A stretch of 64,000 nt of DNA from contig OZ287068.1 of assembly GCA_965645245.1 (NCBI GenBank), positions 186,001 to 250,000 of the forward strand. The letters run 5' to 3'. The DNA is from Massalongia carnosa. Taxonomy: Eukaryota. Of this stretch, positions 60,827 through 64,000 are shown in pieces. Positions within the stretch are counted from its first letter, which is position 1, and each line of letters opens with the position of its first letter. The notes under the pieces are model-generated. The model had not been told where the DNA came from. It saw only the letters and a list, made by a program, of their open reading frames with translations, and did no database searches. A program made the position numbers and the translations under genes.

Positions 60827-62168
60827 CACGCGGGTGAAAAAAAAATGGCAAGGTGAGCCGAAATTCCCCCACCAAAACTTACCTTTTCTTCCCTTTTTTC
60901 TTCCCCATCTTCTTCCCCATTCAACATTTCAATTCGTATGACCATTGAAATTCTACATACATTCTATTCAATAGCCAGTCATCGCCCCCTCAGCCCTAAT
61001 TACCTCTTCCAATCGTTTGGGCATTGATCGAAATCTTTCATTGATGAATTCCTGCGTCACCCGTTCCCATCCATCCCTAATCAGCTGCTTCAAGCTGACA
61101 TCGTCCCAATGAGGATACTTTCGAACATGCTGCTTCGCTGGCTGCCAGCAATTTTCTATAGGGGACAAATCAGGTGATGAGGCACAATTGAAATAATGCT
61201 CTAAATGATGATCTTCCTTCCATTTCTTGACGGCATTTCTTGTCTTGCCCGTGCCATGACCAGAGTCTCCATCTTCTTCAAGTACGAAGTCATCCCCACG
61301 CTCCAGCCAGGGCTTGACGACCGGGTCAAGAACGGATTCAATATACACCTGATGAGTCATTTTACCATTGCTGTTGCCCGGCACGTCATAAAAGATAATA
61401 TCCGACTTGAAATTGTAGCCAATTGCAGCCCAGCAATGTTTTCGTTTTCGATCTTTCTCAGGATGCGGGTCACGATGCTGTATGCAATCCCAATGATATC
61501 GTGTTCCGTGCTGACGAATGATTCGTAACTGTCCTTCCGGCCCATATCCAAAATAAATCTCATCACTAAATCGTACGCGATCCCATTGCTCCGGTTTGGG
61601 ATATCTGGTCAGCATCATGTGAGCAAATTCGACCCGTCTTTGCATAGGTGGGTCGGCCAGCCATCCCTTGACGCAGGCCAGAAATTTCTCATAGTTTAGA
61701 GCAGCCGACATAACATTGTGCAATGTACGACCGACAACGTCGGCCCCAATCTCCATAGCCAATTGTTCCCATGTATATCGTTTTCCTTCCAACTGTAGCC
61801 CCTCATCTTGTAGAATGTGATCTGCCTCCTGTATTTGTGCTTCCGTGACTTTTGATTTGCGACCGCGTGTCTCAACGAGCGTTGAATGATGTCTTCTTCT
61901 AGAAGATGCTCCGTTTCGAATGATCTTATAGCCCTGTCTCTCGCTTCGAATGCCAAAATGCTGAAAAATCTCTCGAGGATCGATGGAAATGCCTTTTGCA
62001 AGAAGAAATTCATAAGCTCCCTACACCTTGGCCTTTTGAGGTGTATCGTAGTAGGATGGCATTTGAAATGTTGAATGAGGAAGAAGATGGGAAGAAAAAG
62101 GGGAAGAAAAGGGGTAAGTTTTGGTGGGGGAGTTTCGGCTCACCTTGCCCTTTTTTTTTCACCCGGTG
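60827..62168 (-). mobile_element. Tc1-like transposon inserted in the Copia C 3' LTR
   Basis: About 105-bp imperfect TIRs beginning CAC(G)CGGGTGAAAA; exact termini uncertain by a few bp. Confidence 0.9.
60968..62062 (-). pseudogene. Tc1-like DDE transposase, 364 codons, open except for one TAG at codon 14
   Basis: MPSYYDTPQKAKV*GAYEF...; VRFSDE, EDGDSGHG, SPDLSPIENCW. Confidence 0.85.
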
Positions 62169-62431
62169 TTTGCTATAGCAAACAATCTGGTCAATAAGGT
62201 CCTCGGGAGGACCCCCTCGAACTTCCTTCCTTCTAGATAGCATTAATATAACCACCTTTCAAAGCCTTCAGTCTGCCACTAAGCCTCCTGTAATCAAAGA
62301 TCTAGTCGCTCGTTTTTTTTATCGCCGTAATCATGTCTTCTTTCTTGGAGTAGCAAGGCTTTTATCGGGTAGCCGGTGCTCAATGGACTTTTCCTCGTGC
62401 GTGCCATTAAACTATGCGGTCGCAATATTCC

Positions 62432-62572
62432 AAATGACCCCCAAATGACCCCCTTCAATTAATTACAGTTCTTGGGGGTCATCGTGACAGCGCCAGAAGC
62501 AAAATTACGTGTATATTACGGTAATTGACCCCCAAATAACCCCCAGGCAAGATGGGGGTTATTTGGGGGTCA
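62432..62572. repeat. cluster of TGACCCCCAAA-type motifs in both orientations, including a perfect 20-bp-arm palindrome (62526-62572)
   Basis: TGACCCCCAAATAACCCCCA - GGCAAGA - TGGGGGTTATTTGGGGGTCA. Confidence 0.85.
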
Positions 62573-64000
62573 TATCAGTAATTTGCCGCTACAATAAACT
62601 GCGGATGTACTGTCAAACTACACAACTCGTTTGAAGCTAGCTGGCAACAGTCGAATGTCCTTGTTAATTCCAATTGTCGAAAACTTGCTAAAACATAGCA
62701 GAGACAGAGATAAGGAATCCATTCTCTCTAGCTAATGATAGGTATTTCATCCTTGTGCCTTTGTTTGAGAACATGCATTTTCACAGGACGATCAAAGCCA
62801 GCATCTACATCTTTTCATAATTCGCCAACGAGTTTGAGACACGTTGACGATAAAACATATCCAAACCAATCCGTTCCAGATATGTATTTTTTAGTGATTA
62901 TATATTCCCACCTCTTCGGAACTGCTCTCTTTGCGACTTTTCCGTGATATGTATAGCACGATTTTTCTTTGTCGTATTACTACAGCTAAGCGACAACAAG
63001 TCTTCTCAATGTTCTTCTTCGGTGTGATTATTTACTTTCTCGTGTCGGCCTCGTATGTTTATCCTATTCTCCGGTCTCGTAGCTGATGGAGATCTTGCAG
63101 CTTCACGTTATTGCCAGCCACAGTGAAGAAGTGGCAGCATTCGGTAATCAACTAGACTACTTAGGGGTTGCATACCTAATGTCTGAGGATAGCAGATAGG
63201 TCTACTTACCGCTGCCTGTTCCTCTATCACTGTCTTCCTTATAGTCGTCATCCGAAATTTCGACCATATTAGGCAGTCATGTATTCTAGCCTTGGCCTTT
63301 CAGTGCTTATTATTATCACTCATAACTTAGTGATCTACGGCTGGAAGGTCCAAAACCGTAGAATGAGTCTTAACTGGATGGCACTGATAGCAGATTTCAA
63401 CTTCATAGGCGCCGCCGTTTATGCTGTTAGGGTAGGTCTCCACAGCTCGTCCTAAATAGTATCTTGACGAGTCTCAGGTTTCGGAAAGTTGGTATCCCCG
63501 AAGACATGACATCTATGGCAGTAGCCATCAGATACTCCATCTCTTGATAAGTTTCGCTGGCTTAACACATACGATTGGTCTTCTGATTAGGAAATGGTGA
63601 AACGTTGAGTCGCAATTAAAGTCTTTACGGGATATCTCTTGCTGCTATTGTTACAGTTACGGGATTTGTGATGCGAGATGAGGGATCAGTAAGTCTCTGA
63701 GCTTCTGCTTGCTTCGGTCAGTCTTTATTTCCTTTCGCTGTGAAGATCTGCTGATCTAGATCACAAAGAATCTGCCTACTTAGCAGCATTTAAATGAGGT
63801 ACGCACCTTCTCGAAAAGAAACACTGATGTGACCGTGATAAGGGGGAGCGTATAATAGCCCTTATAGATTTATCCAAAATCGCCTCTAGTAGCAAGCACG
63901 AGGTTTTGTATCATGGATGAAGACTGAGACTGCAAATGAGGGAACATCTTCGACCACATAGCCAATAGAGAATCACCGATCCGCTCCAGAGCAAATCGGC

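Larger units (their letters stand above)
53971..62299 (+). mobile_element. Ty1/Copia element C with CT...AG termini, carrying two nested DNA transposons
   Basis: 5' LTR 53971-54204; 3' LTR 60735-62299 (split); TSD ATCTA; PBS 54205-54220; PPT GAGGGAG. Confidence 0.93.

Noticed and set aside
9428..62255. Numerous 60-160 aa ORFs overlapping TE genes
   Set aside because: Antisense or alternate-frame by-products with no independent motifs.
62900..63700. Possible decayed protein kinase on the minus strand (EMEYL, VEISD, intron-like GTAAGT...TAG)
   Set aside because: No HRD or DFG motif could be reconstructed by eye; needs BLASTx.

Overview
Fungal-type (probably filamentous ascomycete; inferred from the TE families, the intron and the host gene type) nested-transposon region. 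About 90% of the 64 kb resolves into LTR retrotransposons and DNA transposons, with boundaries read from LTR/TIR identity and target-site duplications (TSDs). It holds three full-length chromodomain Gypsy elements (one apparently intact), three truncated Gypsy copies, three full-length Copia elements plus a relic, several solo LTRs, five pogo/Fot1-type copies (one intact) and two Tc1-like copies. Only one convincing host gene is present, a two-exon Ser/Thr-rich type I membrane protein. Most unusual observations: (1) a Copia whose integrated termini are CT...AG rather than TG...CA, and another ending TG...TA; (2) two divergent Tc1-like elements with no clean TA TSD that share an in-frame UAG at the same aligned codon; (3) an integrase ending in chromodomain plus AT-hook; (4) a Gypsy family with an extra 171-aa ORF before the 3' LTR; (5) Tf1-type self-priming in all complete Gypsies and tRNA-half priming in all Copias; (6) a conserved -1 frameshift cassette; (7) a tail-to-tail LTR palindrome and several rearrangement scars. 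All comparisons were made by eye and no database searches were run.
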